DNA of 64,000 nt, taken from contig NC_068986.1 in assembly GCF_001194135.2 (NCBI RefSeq), forward strand, positions 113,851,992 to 113,915,991, in the 5' to 3' direction. This stretch comes from Octopus bimaculoides. Its lineage: Eukaryota. The position numbers and the translations under genes are program-made. The notes under the pieces are model-generated. The model was not told where the DNA came from and made no database searches. It saw only the letters and a list, made by a program, of their open reading frames with translations. The first letter of the stretch is position 1; each line of letters opens with the position of its first letter. Of this stretch, positions 1 to 11,039 are shown in pieces.

Positions 1-137
1 ATCAGCCCGTTTTGCTGTCATTCCCAGGGCACCTATGACAATAGGTATTGTTTTCGTCTTCAGATTCCACATTTTGCTAATTTCTATTTCAAGATCTTTA
101 TATTTGCTCAGTTTTTGGTAGGTCTTGACAGATACGT
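1..137 (-). mobile_element. RLE-type (R4/Dong-like) non-LTR retrotransposon fragment, endonuclease C-terminus
   Basis: Minus strand reads NVSVKTYQKLSKYKDLEIEISKMWNLKTKTIPIVIGALG (K..KY.DL...W...P.V.GALG motif of restriction-like endonuclease LINEs). (TTA)n follows at 140-171. Confidence 0.85.
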
Positions 138-140
138 TTA

Positions 141-171
<31 letters not shown>

Positions 172-445
172 GCCTTTGCACAACTTCTAACGCTGGAGAT
201 GTACTATAGTGTCAGCTGTTCACTACCAGTGAACTAAGGTAACACCTCTTATTTTTCGAGCACCTTCCGGAGTATTCGAGCGGTTCGAAGCAGTCCTGTT
301 TTCCGCAAGTGCTCCACCCTTATTGCAGCTCATATTTATTCCATGTACTTCTCGAGATATTTGCTCACTGTTCCCAGGGCTCAGAGAATTATTGGTACTA
401 CTGCTGCCTTTTTCATCGACCACAACTGCTTAACTTCTCAAGCTC
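172..445 (-). mobile_element. 5'-truncated R4/Dong-like LINE 3' end inside a (TAA)n tract
   Basis: Encodes ..LGTVSKYLEKYME...RVEHLRKTGLLRTARILRKVLEK* plus a short 3' UTR. (TTA)n on both sides. About 90% identical to 3851-4107 in inverted orientation. Confidence 0.85.
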
Positions 446-472
446 ATTATTATTATTATTATCCTCATCAAT

Positions 473-676
473 TAAGGCGGTTAACTGACAGAATCATTAG
501 CACGCTGGACGAAATGCTTAGCGATATTTCACCCGTCGCTACGTTCTGAGTTCAAATTCCATCACGGTCGAATTTGCCTTTCATCCTTTCGGGTCGATAA
601 ATTAAGTATCAGTGAAACATTGGAGTCGATGTAATTGACTAATCCCCTCACTCCAAACTTCAAACATTGTACCTAT
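473..676 (+). mobile_element. tRNA-derived SINE, family A
   Basis: Head TAAGGCGG..., B-box-like GAGTTCAAATTCC, central CTTTCATCCTTTCGGGTCGATAAATTAAGTA block shared with many other copies in the window. Confidence 0.85.
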
Positions 677-2038
677 ATTATTATTATTATTATTATTATT
701 TTCATCATCATTTTCCTTCAGTTCTGTTTACCGAGTGTCTTCCTGACAATTTACAAAGTCATGTGACCGAGAAAAAGGGGAAGAAAGACAGAGAGAAGAA
801 ATAAAAATGAAAAGGTACACAAAGAAAATAAAGGGGTAAAATTTAAAAAATTCACAGGGACACTGCTCTTCTCAATACGTGTGACGTACCATTTAAGACA
901 CTCTTTTGCAATTCCTACATGGATGGCAAGCCAGGGATCATTATAAAATAATTTTCAGTTCCTTTTTTTATCATTCCAAGTGATTCTAGAATCACTGGTA
1001 TTGTAACCGTTTTGAGTTTTGAGATGCCACATCTTTTCAATTTCGATTAGCAAATCTTTATATTTTCTGAGCTTATCAAATTCTTTTGCCGAGATATTAT
1101 GATCACAGGGTTTGCTCTTGTCAATCAACAAACAGACATTGTTTTGGTTTTCCCCAACAATATCTGGTTTATTTGCTTTTATGGTCCAGTCTGTAAATAC
1201 TGGGAAGTCACAAAGTATAGTTACATTTTCTCCCTCAGTTATATACTCAGGATGGTGCTTGTACCATTTGTCAGCAGTTTTGATTTTATAATGCCGACAC
1301 ATTATCCAGTGTAGATATTGTCCAACATTGTTATGTCTTGATTTGTACTCTACAGGTTCTAAAACCTTATATCCAGAGATTAGGTAGTTCACCGTTTCTA
1401 TCCCATCGTTGCAGTATCGGCACCTTGGGTCTACACCATTTTTTATCACATTGGCTTGATAGTTCCGGGTCAATAATCTCTGATCTTGGGCAGCCAAGGT
1501 AAAGCCTTTACTCTCTGCCTTTAGCCCTGAGCTCCGTTGCCATTGATGGGTGTGCTTCTGGTCCACATCAGCTTGTTTCCTATGGGCTACACATATTTGC
1601 CATGCACAGGTTTCTATTCCCACCTATCAGCCAATTGTTCAAACGCATTTTGCTTTGCTATTGATTTCACCTTCTTTGCAACTACAGTTGCTGCACTTCC
1701 TTCAACCTGGGTATTATGTTTAACCTGGGTATAATGTTTAACCTGGGTATTATGCATGAACTCAATTAAAAAGTCTTTGCTTTCCTTCATAACAAAGTGA
1801 AGCTTCTTACATCTCTCATGGTCTTCAACGAGCTTTAGCATCTGTGTTTCAAGATATTTTGCCTGTCAAATTGGAGTGGTTTTGTAGATTTCAAACTGGA
1901 TCAAGTCTTGATCTCCTTAAGCTCTGGGTAGGTAAAGACGATCTGCATCTGCCTTTCAGTGGTGCATCTTATTGCAAGTCAGCAGCTAACGGATTTCTTG
2001 TCAACCTTCCTTATTTCACTTATATTTAAATTATACAC
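677..2038 (-). mobile_element. R4/Dong-like LINE, decayed 3' portion (RT C-terminus, zinc knuckle, RLE, 3' UTR, (TAA)n tail)
   Basis: ORF 955-1623: AAQDQ.L.TRNY, CRYC..ETV.YL (CCHC-like), KPDIV...LLID, KE.DK..KYKDL. Upstream frames give SEIRKVD.. and DRLYLPR. The C-terminus LQKSVLNGTSHVLRR is frameshifted. (TTA)n at both ends. Confidence 0.9.
1704..1755. repeat. 18-bp tandem repeat x3 (AACCTGGGTATTATGTTT)
   Basis: Three adjacent units; they read as HNTQVK/HYTQVK repeats in the LINE frame. Confidence 0.9.
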
Positions 2039-2057
2039 ATTATTATTATTATTATTG

Positions 2058-2120
2058 TTCAGTAGTTTTAGTTTTATAACGTGCTTTCACTTCATTACCG
2101 AGCGCAGCTCTGTGTGCCTT
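2058..2120 (-). mobile_element. 63-bp terminal fragment of an R4/Dong-like LINE 3' UTR
   Basis: Near-identical to 2150-2211; flanked by (TTA)n on both sides. Confidence 0.8.
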
Positions 2121-2149
2121 TATTATTACTATATTATTATTATTATTAT

Positions 2150-2527
2150 TCAGTACTTTTATTTTTATAACGTGCTTTCGCTTCATTACCGAGCGCAGCT
2201 CTGTGTGCCTTGGGTATGTGCTGGCTGTGGTTTGCTGTGATGCTCTTATGGTTACTGTATTGAAAGTGTTTTGCATAGGATGTGTGCAGTGCCCAGTAGC
2301 GCAATTTTCTGTATGTTATATATATTTGTAAGTCCTGGTGTTTTTGTTATGCATTTGTCTGAATATGTTTTTATTATACCTAAGGCACCTACTATGATAG
2401 GAATTGTTTCTGTTTTTAGACTCCACATTCGAGTTACCTCTATTTCCAGGTCTTTGTATTTTGAAAGTTTTTCCATTTCTTTCAGGAAAACGTTGTCATC
2501 TGATGGTATTGATGCACCAATTAGAAT
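2150..2527 (-). mobile_element. 5'-truncated R4/Dong-like LINE (RLE C-terminus + 3' UTR)
   Basis: ORF 2252-2623: SIPSDDNVFLKEMEKLSKYKDLEIEVTRMWSLKTETIPIIVGALG...IQKIALLGTAHILCKTLS. (TTA/TTG)n flanks. Confidence 0.9.
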
Positions 2528-2742
2528 ATTATTATTATCATTGTTGTTATTATTGTTGTTGTTATTATTATTGCAGCTGTGTTCGTTATTAGTTTTATTA
2601 AAGTCTCTTAAGTACATTGACACGAAACTCTACGCTCATGATTAAATGTAATTTCTCGGCTAATAAAAAAACGTAATACCCTGCTTTATGCAGTGTATTT
2701 TTTAAACCAAACTTATACATATATTCGCATATACAGACACAG

Positions 2743-2807
<65 letters not shown>

Positions 2808-3023
2808 NNNNNNNNNNNNNNNNNNNNNNNNNNNNNNNNNNNNNNNNNNNNNNNNNNNNNNNNNNNNNNNNNNNNNNNNNNNNNNNNNNNNNNNNNNNNN
2901 NNNNNNNNNNNNNNNNNNNNNNNNNNNNNNNNNNNNNNNNNNNNNNNNNNNNNNNNNNNNNNNNNNNNNNNNNNNNNNNNNNNNNNNNNNNNNNNNNNNN
3001 NNNNNNNNNNNNNNNNNNNNNNN
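2808..3023. other. Assembly gap (N run); others at 8005-8529, 12739-13641, 15857-15956, 32380-32726, 35148-35828, 36783-36862, 39203-39479, 53942-53951
   Basis: Runs of N, mostly abutting (TA)n, (TG)n or (CT)n microsatellites. Confidence 0.99.
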
Positions 3024-3850
3024 NTATATATATATATATATGCACTCAGGCACACATATATTTATGTAAATATGATTATATATTTGAAATAGGTTGTGAC
3101 ATTGAGCTCTGAAGTAATGTGCTTTTAATCCGGCTTTTCCATTACAAAGGGATAATCCTTACCTTATTACTTTAAAATATCAGGAACTTTAATTTTGTTC
3201 TGTTTTTAAATAATCAATAAACACTCCCCCCTCGCCTCATTTAAATTTCGTTCCTCTTATTTCTTTCTTCATTCGTTCTTCTGTTTCTTTCTCCCCCTCT
3301 ACCTCTTATTCTCCCTCTCTCCTTCCTCTCTCTTTAACACTTTCCCATCTTTACAAGGATGTTTCTTACTCTATCTCTCTCTTTCCCATATAATAATAAT
3401 AATAATATAATTATTATTATTATATATTTTGCTCGTCCCCCCTTTTTCTCTTCAAAGTTCACATTCTAATCGTTATTCTTTCTCTTTCTTAATCACCTTC
3501 TCACTCATTCATTTTTATTCTATTTCAACTCTCTTTTTCTCATTATTTCAAACGTTTTACCGCTTTTATCTGTATGTCTATCTGTCTGGCTCTATGTGTG
3601 TATGTATGTATGTATGTACGTATCAGTATATGGATGTATGGATAGATAGATGGATGGATGAATGGATAAGTTTTTCTTTTATTTCTCTCAAACTTAGTAA
3701 CTGTGAGGTTGACAGAAATGTTGACAAGTCGAACATTCCAGGAATATCGACTTATATAGTGTACAAATAATAACAGAAGCAGTAGTTGCAACTATGGCAG
3801 CAATAATAATGGTTACGATGGTCATTACGATAATAATAATAATAATAATA

Positions 3851-4105
3851 AGCAGTTGTGGTCGAGGAAAAGGTAACAGTAGTACCAATGATTATCGGAG
3901 CCCTGGGAACAGTGAGTAAAAATCATGAGAAGTACATGGAACAAATAGGGGCTGCAATAAGGGTGGAGCACTTGCAGAAAACAGCACTGCTTGGAACCGC
4001 TCGAATACTCCGGAAGGTGCTCGAAAAATAAGAGGTGTTACCTTAGTTCACTGGTAGTGAACAGCTGACACCGTAGTACATCTCCAGTGTTAGAAGCTGT
4101 GCAAA

Positions 4106-4138
<33 letters not shown>
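3851..4138 (+). mobile_element. 5'-truncated R4/Dong-like LINE 3' end with (TAA)n tail
   Basis: VPMIIGALGTVSKNHEKYMEQIGAAIRVEHLQKTALLGTARILRKVLEK*. (TAA)n at 3832-3850 and 4108-4138. Confidence 0.88.
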
Positions 4139-4140
<2 letters not shown>

Positions 4141-4335
4141 TCTCAAATTTTAAAACAAACATTTTTCTGATGGTTTCGTAAACATTCTCTAGAACAACAC
4201 TGTACAAAACCAAATATATGACACCCTAGGCATAACACCAACGTGAACTTCTAACTAGTTGTCTCTTGAGGTCTCTGGGTGAGACTTGGAGCCTACTTGT
4301 ACAAATGCAAAGCAAAAGTCAAGCATAGAAGAAGA
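4139..4335 (+). mobile_element. Probable 3' UTR of another R4/Dong-like subfamily
   Basis: Starts directly after (TAA)n and ends in a (GAA)n tail. Assignment rests on recalled similarity and position only; there is no second copy in the window. Confidence 0.35.
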
Positions 4336-4359
4336 AGAAGAAAAAGAAAGGAAGAGAGG

Positions 4360-4410
4360 CCATGTCGACCTCGGCGAAATTTGAACTCAGAAAGCAAGAC
4401 GAGCGAAATA
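4360..4410 (-). mobile_element. SINE family A fragment
   Basis: GTCGACCTCGGCGAAATTTGAACTCAGAA is the reverse complement of the family A B-box region. Confidence 0.7.
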
Positions 4411-4424
4411 AAAATAATAATAAC

Positions 4425-4497
4425 TGCCCTAATACAATTGCAAGCACTGGTTCTCCTGGCGTTTGATCTTAACTGATTGGAATTGCTATCATTACAT
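4425..4497 (+). mobile_element. 5' piece of the long LINE 3'-UTR element (decayed)
   Basis: Aligns with 25977-26050 (TGCCC...TTCTGATCTTAA.TGATTGGAA.TG.TATCA); preceded by (TAA)n. Confidence 0.6.
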
Positions 4498-4700
4498 ACT
4501 CTTTACTCTTTTACTTGTTTCATTCATTTGACTGCGGCCATATTGGAGCACCGCCTTTAGTCGAGCAAATCGACCCCAGGACTTATTTTTTGTAAGCCTG
4601 GTATTTATTTTATCGGTCTTTTTTGCCGAACCGCTAAGTTACGAGGACGTAAACACAACACCATCGGTTGTCAAGCGATGGTGGGGGAGGACAAACACAG
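4497..4700 (-). mobile_element. SINE family B (CORE-like), 3' half
   Basis: Reverse complement of the 3' half of the full copy at 45858-46283 (CCGCTAAGTTAC, GACTGCGGCCAT, TACTCTTTTAC tail). Confidence 0.85.
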
Positions 4701-4759
4701 TCACATAAACATATACACACACATACATATATATATACACATATATCTATATGTATACG

Positions 4760-5310
4760 ACTCATGGCACACCACTTCAGCCTACGTGGTTATCGCCTCA
4801 CCATTACCCACACCGCCCTTGCCAGAGCACGTTCCGTGGACCGTGCATCTGCTCCCACCTCCATCACCTCCCAACTCCATCACACCACACCACACCACAC
4901 CACTACACCATGCTCCACATCACATCACGTCACACCACCACGCACACACTAACACTGACCACTTCCCAGCCACACACCCACACATACACAGACGCACACT
5001 CTTCCACACACACATACATACTCTGTAATACACACGCATGCGCACCTTCGTTTCGGGATCCCCACTACTTTATTGTCTCCCTTTCTTCCTAGCTCTCCTG
5101 TGAGACCCCTCTGTCCGGCATTCACCATGACAGATCGCTAGCCACTACACATTCTTTATTTTCTCTCCTTGTCTCTTTCTGTGTTCTTTTCTGTGGAAGA
5201 GCATAGGCTCGAACCGTTAAAGACTTTTCACTACCCGAGCGTTAAACTAATACATCTGTTTGTTGTCTACACCTCCTGTCTTCGTCTTCTGTTTTTTTGT
5301 GAATTCTTCC
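4760..5310 (+). mobile_element. Penelope-like element remnants (post-RT linker and 3' terminal region)
   Basis: HFSLRGYRLTITHTALARARSVDRASA resembles the PLE F..RGY...I..A..RA motif. The terminal block at 5100-5310 is homologous to 41680-41790 and carries a hammerhead-like motif. Confidence 0.55.
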
Positions 5311-5341
<31 letters not shown>

Positions 5342-5739
5342 CAAACTATGTACGTATTTTCTGCAAGTCTCCACCCGTTTGTATGCTATTCTTCTCTCTC
5401 CCTTTCTCTCATTCTCGTCAGCTTAGTATTTTAAACATGTCTGTCAGTTGTCTGTTTCTATGTATCTCATTGCCTGTCTTACTCTTTCACATTCTCTCTC
5501 TCCACACACACACACACACTCACATTACTTTCTTTCTCTCTCTTCCTCCCTTAGAAATAATTCTTCCACCATATTACATATCTCAAAGTGTTTTCAAGCT
5601 TTCCTTCCATATTCAATCTCGCCGCCGCCATCATGACCTTTCGCCAAGTACGTTTCTCTTATTTCGTTGACCTTTTCTTGATTAGAACTACACTTGGTGA
5701 CGTCATACCGCATCGTTAAACATCCACCAGACTCTCATC

Positions 5740-6180
5740 GATACTCACCACCACCACCACCACCACCACCACCACCACCACCACGATCATCATTACAGCC
5801 ATCTTCATCATCATCATCATCAATCGTGCTACGACCACCACCACTAATACCAACGCACCAGTTACTTTCACAAGGACCACTACCATCGTTATAATCCACA
5901 CTAGCACCACTACAACTACTACCAACACCATTTCATCCGTATCACCACCAACATAAGAACCACAAACAGCGGCAATACTGCATAAACCGCTCCCACCAAC
6001 ACCAACACAAAAATAACAAAACTCTCCGCCGTTGTCATTTTCACCAACGTCACCAACACCACCTTCATCACATACACCATTGTCACCAGCTCCCCACAGC
6101 CACTACACTCATTGCTATCATCAATTCCACCACTAACAGTACTGTCATCAACTTCACCCTCACCCGTCCAAATTGCTGCC
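5740..6180. repeat. (CCA)n/(CAT)n low-complexity trinucleotide region
   Basis: Pure (CCA)n at 5747-5782 followed by degenerate CAC/CAT/CAA triplets; explains the poly-Pro and poly-Val ORFs. Confidence 0.85.
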
Positions 6181-6224
6181 ACTGGGCTTAAATAATAAAA
6201 TCATTATCATCGCCATCGTCGTTA

Positions 6225-6480
6225 AGGTTCTAAGCTAGCAGAACGGTTAGAGCGTTGGAACATAGAATGCAATATTTGTTCCAGGGAAACGCTTCATGTC
6301 ATTTTCGTCCGCATTCATGTTCTAAGTTCAAATTCCACCGAGTTCGACTTAGCGTTTCACCTCTTTGGAGATCAATAAAATAAGTACCAGTTACGCACTG
6401 GGATCGATGTAATCAACTAGTCCCCTCCCCCAAAATATCAGGCCCCTTCTGCCTATAGCAGTATGGATTATTATTATTGT
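6225..6480 (+). mobile_element. SINE family A (diverged)
   Basis: AGTTCAAATTCCACCGAG...AATAAGTACCAGTTACGCACTGGGATCGATGTAATC; tail ends in (TTA)n. Confidence 0.8.
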
Positions 6481-6741
6481 TGTTGTTACTACTTCTACTA
6501 CTACTAACAACAACAACAATAATAATAATTGTTAGGTGCCTGGGCCCTTCATCTCAAGGTCGGTACTTGTCCCTTGCACAAGGAACTTCATGATGCTCAA
6601 TGCAGTGAAGTGTGAAGATTAAAATTGAAGTCTGACTGACCACCATTTCTTTGACACGCTTAAAACTCGTCAGGCATGAAAAGACAGACACCTCAAGCAG
6701 TTGTCTGCTACATCCATTGTTGCCTGCATTTACTCTTTATT

Positions 6742-7920
6742 TCCGTATTTATTTGTGTATAATGCGAGAAATATAATTTTAAAATGTAGTCTTTTTTTTT
6801 TTATCGTTGAATGTATTTGTATTGTGTGGTTGTGTAAAATTACACTCAAGTCATACACTCGATTGCTCGATTCTTCTGATAAGAGACAATTATCTATGAG
6901 AAGATCCACCTTTATTTTTATTGTTTTCTTAAACGAACAATAAGTGTTTTCACATCAACTGAGTCGCCACAACTCAGGCTTTCACATAAATAAATGTTGG
7001 CTTATCTATATTATACATGTTTCAGGTATCCTGCGTCACGTTGTGATCTATATAAGTAAATAGATATATTTTGAAAGGTTACAGCTTCTTATGTTAAAAT
7101 ATCTTCAGTATACACCCATGTTATCAAAGTTTACATGTGCAAAAGAAGCGTATTGCTTACAGAACGAAATTTAAGCATGGCTTTATAGAAATTGCTGAAA
7201 AGAACAACTGTAGAGAACTAGGAAATATGGCATTGCTGAGAGCAGCATTAAGCCATGGAGAACGAACAAAGCCCAACTGCAGAAAATGCCAAGTGGTAAA
7301 CAATCTCTAAGGAGAAAGCAGGCTCACTACCCAGGATTGGGGTACAAAAGCTGCTTGAATGGTTGAAAGAGAAGAGAAAAGATCGATATTTTGTAAGAAC
7401 ATTGAATGCGAAGTCACACGCAAAGAAAATGTCTAACGACAAAAGGAAAAGATTGGAGTTAGAAAACAAAAATTTCACATAAGCTTCTCTCTTATTTCAA
7501 CGATAAGATTACGCAGTTTCATTGCTCTGTAAGACAGCTGAGAAAGCTGAATCACTTTGATCTAAGACAAACGAAAAAAAAAACATGGATGCAATACTCA
7601 TGTTTTTATACATGCACAACGAACACAACACTGGATCGTAAAAATGTCTATGTTAAAACAGCAGGACATGAAAGAAAACCATTTTACTGCAGTTTTATGT
7701 TGTTTATCAGATGAATCAAACTAAATATCGTGGTTATTTTTATAAGAAAGACAATTACTATAAGTGAATACTTTCCTTCTAAGTTTACTGTTTACTGCTA
7801 CACTAAAGGCGAAATAGATGGAAAGTGAATATCGTTATTGCTGGGAAATTTCGAGATAAACGACCTGGCTTCAAGGAGCACTAGCCATTCTATACGACGC
7901 AGCGTGCGGAGACGGCTCAC
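6742..7920 (+). mobile_element. Decayed pogo/Tigger-family DNA transposon
   Basis: Frameshifted pieces: QKLLEWLKEKRKDRYFV (CENP-B-type HTH), MD..MF..M, KNVYVKTAGHER, HFTAVLCCLSD, RPG, ILYDA (DDE_1-like). A pogo-like TIR remnant CCGTATTTATTTGTGTATAATGCG lies at 6743. Confidence 0.75.
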
Positions 7921-8529
7921 CTGTCGGTTACAGGCAAAGGCCTACCTGGAAATGACTGTGTGGTAATTACACGCGTGGTTTTTACTGGAAGCGGTCTTTT
8001 ATATNNNNNNNNNNNNNNNNNNNNNNNNNNNNNNNNNNNNNNNNNNNNNNNNNNNNNNNNNNNNNNNNNNNNNNNNNNNNNNNNNNNNNNNNNNNNNNNN
8101 NNNNNNNNNNNNNNNNNNNNNNNNNNNNNNNNNNNNNNNNNNNNNNNNNNNNNNNNNNNNNNNNNNNNNNNNNNNNNNNNNNNNNNNNNNNNNNNNNNNN
8201 NNNNNNNNNNNNNNNNNNNNNNNNNNNNNNNNNNNNNNNNNNNNNNNNNNNNNNNNNNNNNNNNNNNNNNNNNNNNNNNNNNNNNNNNNNNNNNNNNNNN
8301 NNNNNNNNNNNNNNNNNNNNNNNNNNNNNNNNNNNNNNNNNNNNNNNNNNNNNNNNNNNNNNNNNNNNNNNNNNNNNNNNNNNNNNNNNNNNNNNNNNNN
8401 NNNNNNNNNNNNNNNNNNNNNNNNNNNNNNNNNNNNNNNNNNNNNNNNNNNNNNNNNNNNNNNNNNNNNNNNNNNNNNNNNNNNNNNNNNNNNNNNNNNN
8501 NNNNNNNNNNNNNNNNNNNNNNNNNNNNN

Positions 8530-8575
<46 letters not shown>

Positions 8576-10019
8576 GAACACATATATATACACACATACA
8601 CATATCTTTCATTTTTTTATTTGGTTTGCAATATTCTTGATGTGAATTCATGTGTTGAAGCATATTTTATTGTGTCTGGGGGGATTCATTCTCATTTTGC
8701 TCCTTCTTTTAGTGAATTTTTTAAATAATAAGGCACTAGAAGAGAATGTCTCTCCCCAATTGAAAGGTCGCATAATAAACTCATTTTATGCGCTTTAGCG
8801 CACGGGTTATCACCGTAGAAAGGCACATAGTAATTATGAAATACGGTGTCTCAAATCTCCATTATAATGCCACTAAATATTACAGCGATGGAGAGTGTTG
8901 AACCCTTGACCGTTTAGAATGTGGTTGCCCTTGCGTGAGTCCACTTAACTGCAAGCATTCGAACGAGGATTCCTCGAGATGTGGTTTATTCGTCCATGTC
9001 TCTGCATATTTTCGCGACCCTCCAATGAGGTTGGAGGTGCTGGCTTTCCGCTTCTGATAAAGCCATAAAAATTAATCAAATATCGATTGATTAATTCGGT
9101 CTTCTTAGCGAAATGGCAGAGAACTATCGATTAATCTTATTTAATTCTCTTTGTTTTTTGTGTGTTGTTAATTTTTCTATAATTCCTTGTAATTAGATCT
9201 CTGGCTTTTAAAAAATATATTGTCTTCGTGCCTCTATTTCTCTATAAACACCCGCTCACTTAGGCACTCACCCAACCACGCATTAATAAGGTTTAAACCA
9301 ACATAAACCGCACAGAAGTATTCTTTTCTCTGTTGTTGATTTATTCATCTTGTATGTCATTGTTGATGTGTGTTGTTTCTTTATTGTTGCTTTTGTTTTG
9401 TGGCTGTTGTTGTTGTTTCCGTTTGAATATTCCTCAGGGTTACGATAGTTCAATGGGTTCAATAGATTGTTCCCTTAATCACTTTAAAATCCACTCGACA
9501 TTGAAGGGATTAAGCACTAGCTCCCGAAAGCTCCAGTTTAATCTAAGCTGCTCCTGTGGTATCACTGAAAGAGCGAAAGAGAGAGGGATGAGGATGAGAG
9601 GGAGATAGGAGGTGAAGATAGAGAGAGCGGGGTAAGAGAGAAAGAGGGAGAGAGAAGGACACAGAGAGAGGGAGAGAGAAAGAGAAGGCCAGCAATAAAA
9701 TGTAATTGAAGGTTTTCGGTGTGTAATAGTTGCGGGGGTTGCGTTATTTATGTAACAATTGGATTATCAAATGATAGTGCCAATATATGACTAACTTCAT
9801 AACTCCACTACCACCAACACCACCACCAACACAACTAGCATCACATAGAATAACAACAGCAACGGTGATCTATCATCGCCGCCGTTAAAACTAACCGCAA
9901 CCCCTTACAACACCGTCACCGCCACCACCAGGAACCGGAAACACCAACACCGACAAAATACCAATAACATCCATCAGCACCGCAAACAATAACAACTACA
10001 ACAAAAAACATAGCTTATA

Positions 10020-10210
10020 TGTATTGAGTGACCACCCTGCTCGAAATAACAGGCAACATCTATTTTAAATCACAGCATCAGATCGTAAGAAATTGTGTAG
10101 TATAATGTGGAAAAGCGCAGAAGCTTTGTAGAAAGATAAAACGTTCATATCTGGAATACTTTTCGTGACATGTGTATCTGAGTCATAACTGACTTCGGGT
10201 GAAACCAGAG
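10020..10210 (-). repeat. Unclassified interspersed repeat (weak match to 21405-21650)
   Basis: Shared TGTGA...TTGCCTG.TA.TT.GAG and TTT...CC..AGT.AG blocks in opposite orientation. Confidence 0.3.
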
Positions 10211-11039
10211 TAGCAACGGTTCTCCAACTTCACATAGAAACCCGGAAATCTCCATTTCAATCAGAAATGCTAACATTCAAGATAAAAGCCACGAAGCACA
10301 ATAACAAAATTAAGTTACAGATAACATCAACAATCTTATTAACGGTCCCAACAGGTTAGAGATCACAACCACAACAACCAACAGACTCCCAAAAACCATG
10401 GCAGCGCTATTAAGCTCCATTTGCATCCTAAACCGCTCACTCCAACACACTCTCGCCGCCTCACAAGATATTTTATTCCGCAGCATCCCAGCCAGAGCCA
10501 CCACATTTCGCCAGTCCCCACACCCATCTTCGTCACAAAACATTCATATCAAGAAAGAAAAAAAGGAAGATTATGAGAAGTTCAGAGGTGTTCTACATTT
10601 CAATTAAACTGCACTGAATAAAAGAAATACTTTGCTACGTATATTCAAGAAAATATTTTTAAAACATTCCGAAACATTATTTACGACAGCAGAACGTAAA
10701 AAGTATAACCGCAATAACACAACTGAAATAATGAGTCTGATAAAAATTTGAGATAAAAAAAGCATAGGTGACATATACAAATATCACAGGTAACATTAAT
10801 AAGTTAGAACGAAATCAAAAACTAACAATATAATAAAACCAGGGAGAAGCAGAATATAGGCAGGTGTAGTATCTTATATGAACCAAGGAGCAAACCAACC
10901 AGGTAAGACACGCTTGATCTCGGATCGTATTTCGTTTGCGAAAAATCTTCGGTTTTCTCCGGAAATTAGCTGTGCCTTTCTTTCATTTTCGACCAGGGTG
11001 AAAAATAAGGCATCTTTCTTCTGCAAGCGAGTTCTTTTT

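Noticed and set aside
5694-6182. Poly-Pro / poly-Val ORFs
   Set aside because: Translations of (CCA)n/(CAT)n simple repeats; no domain signal.
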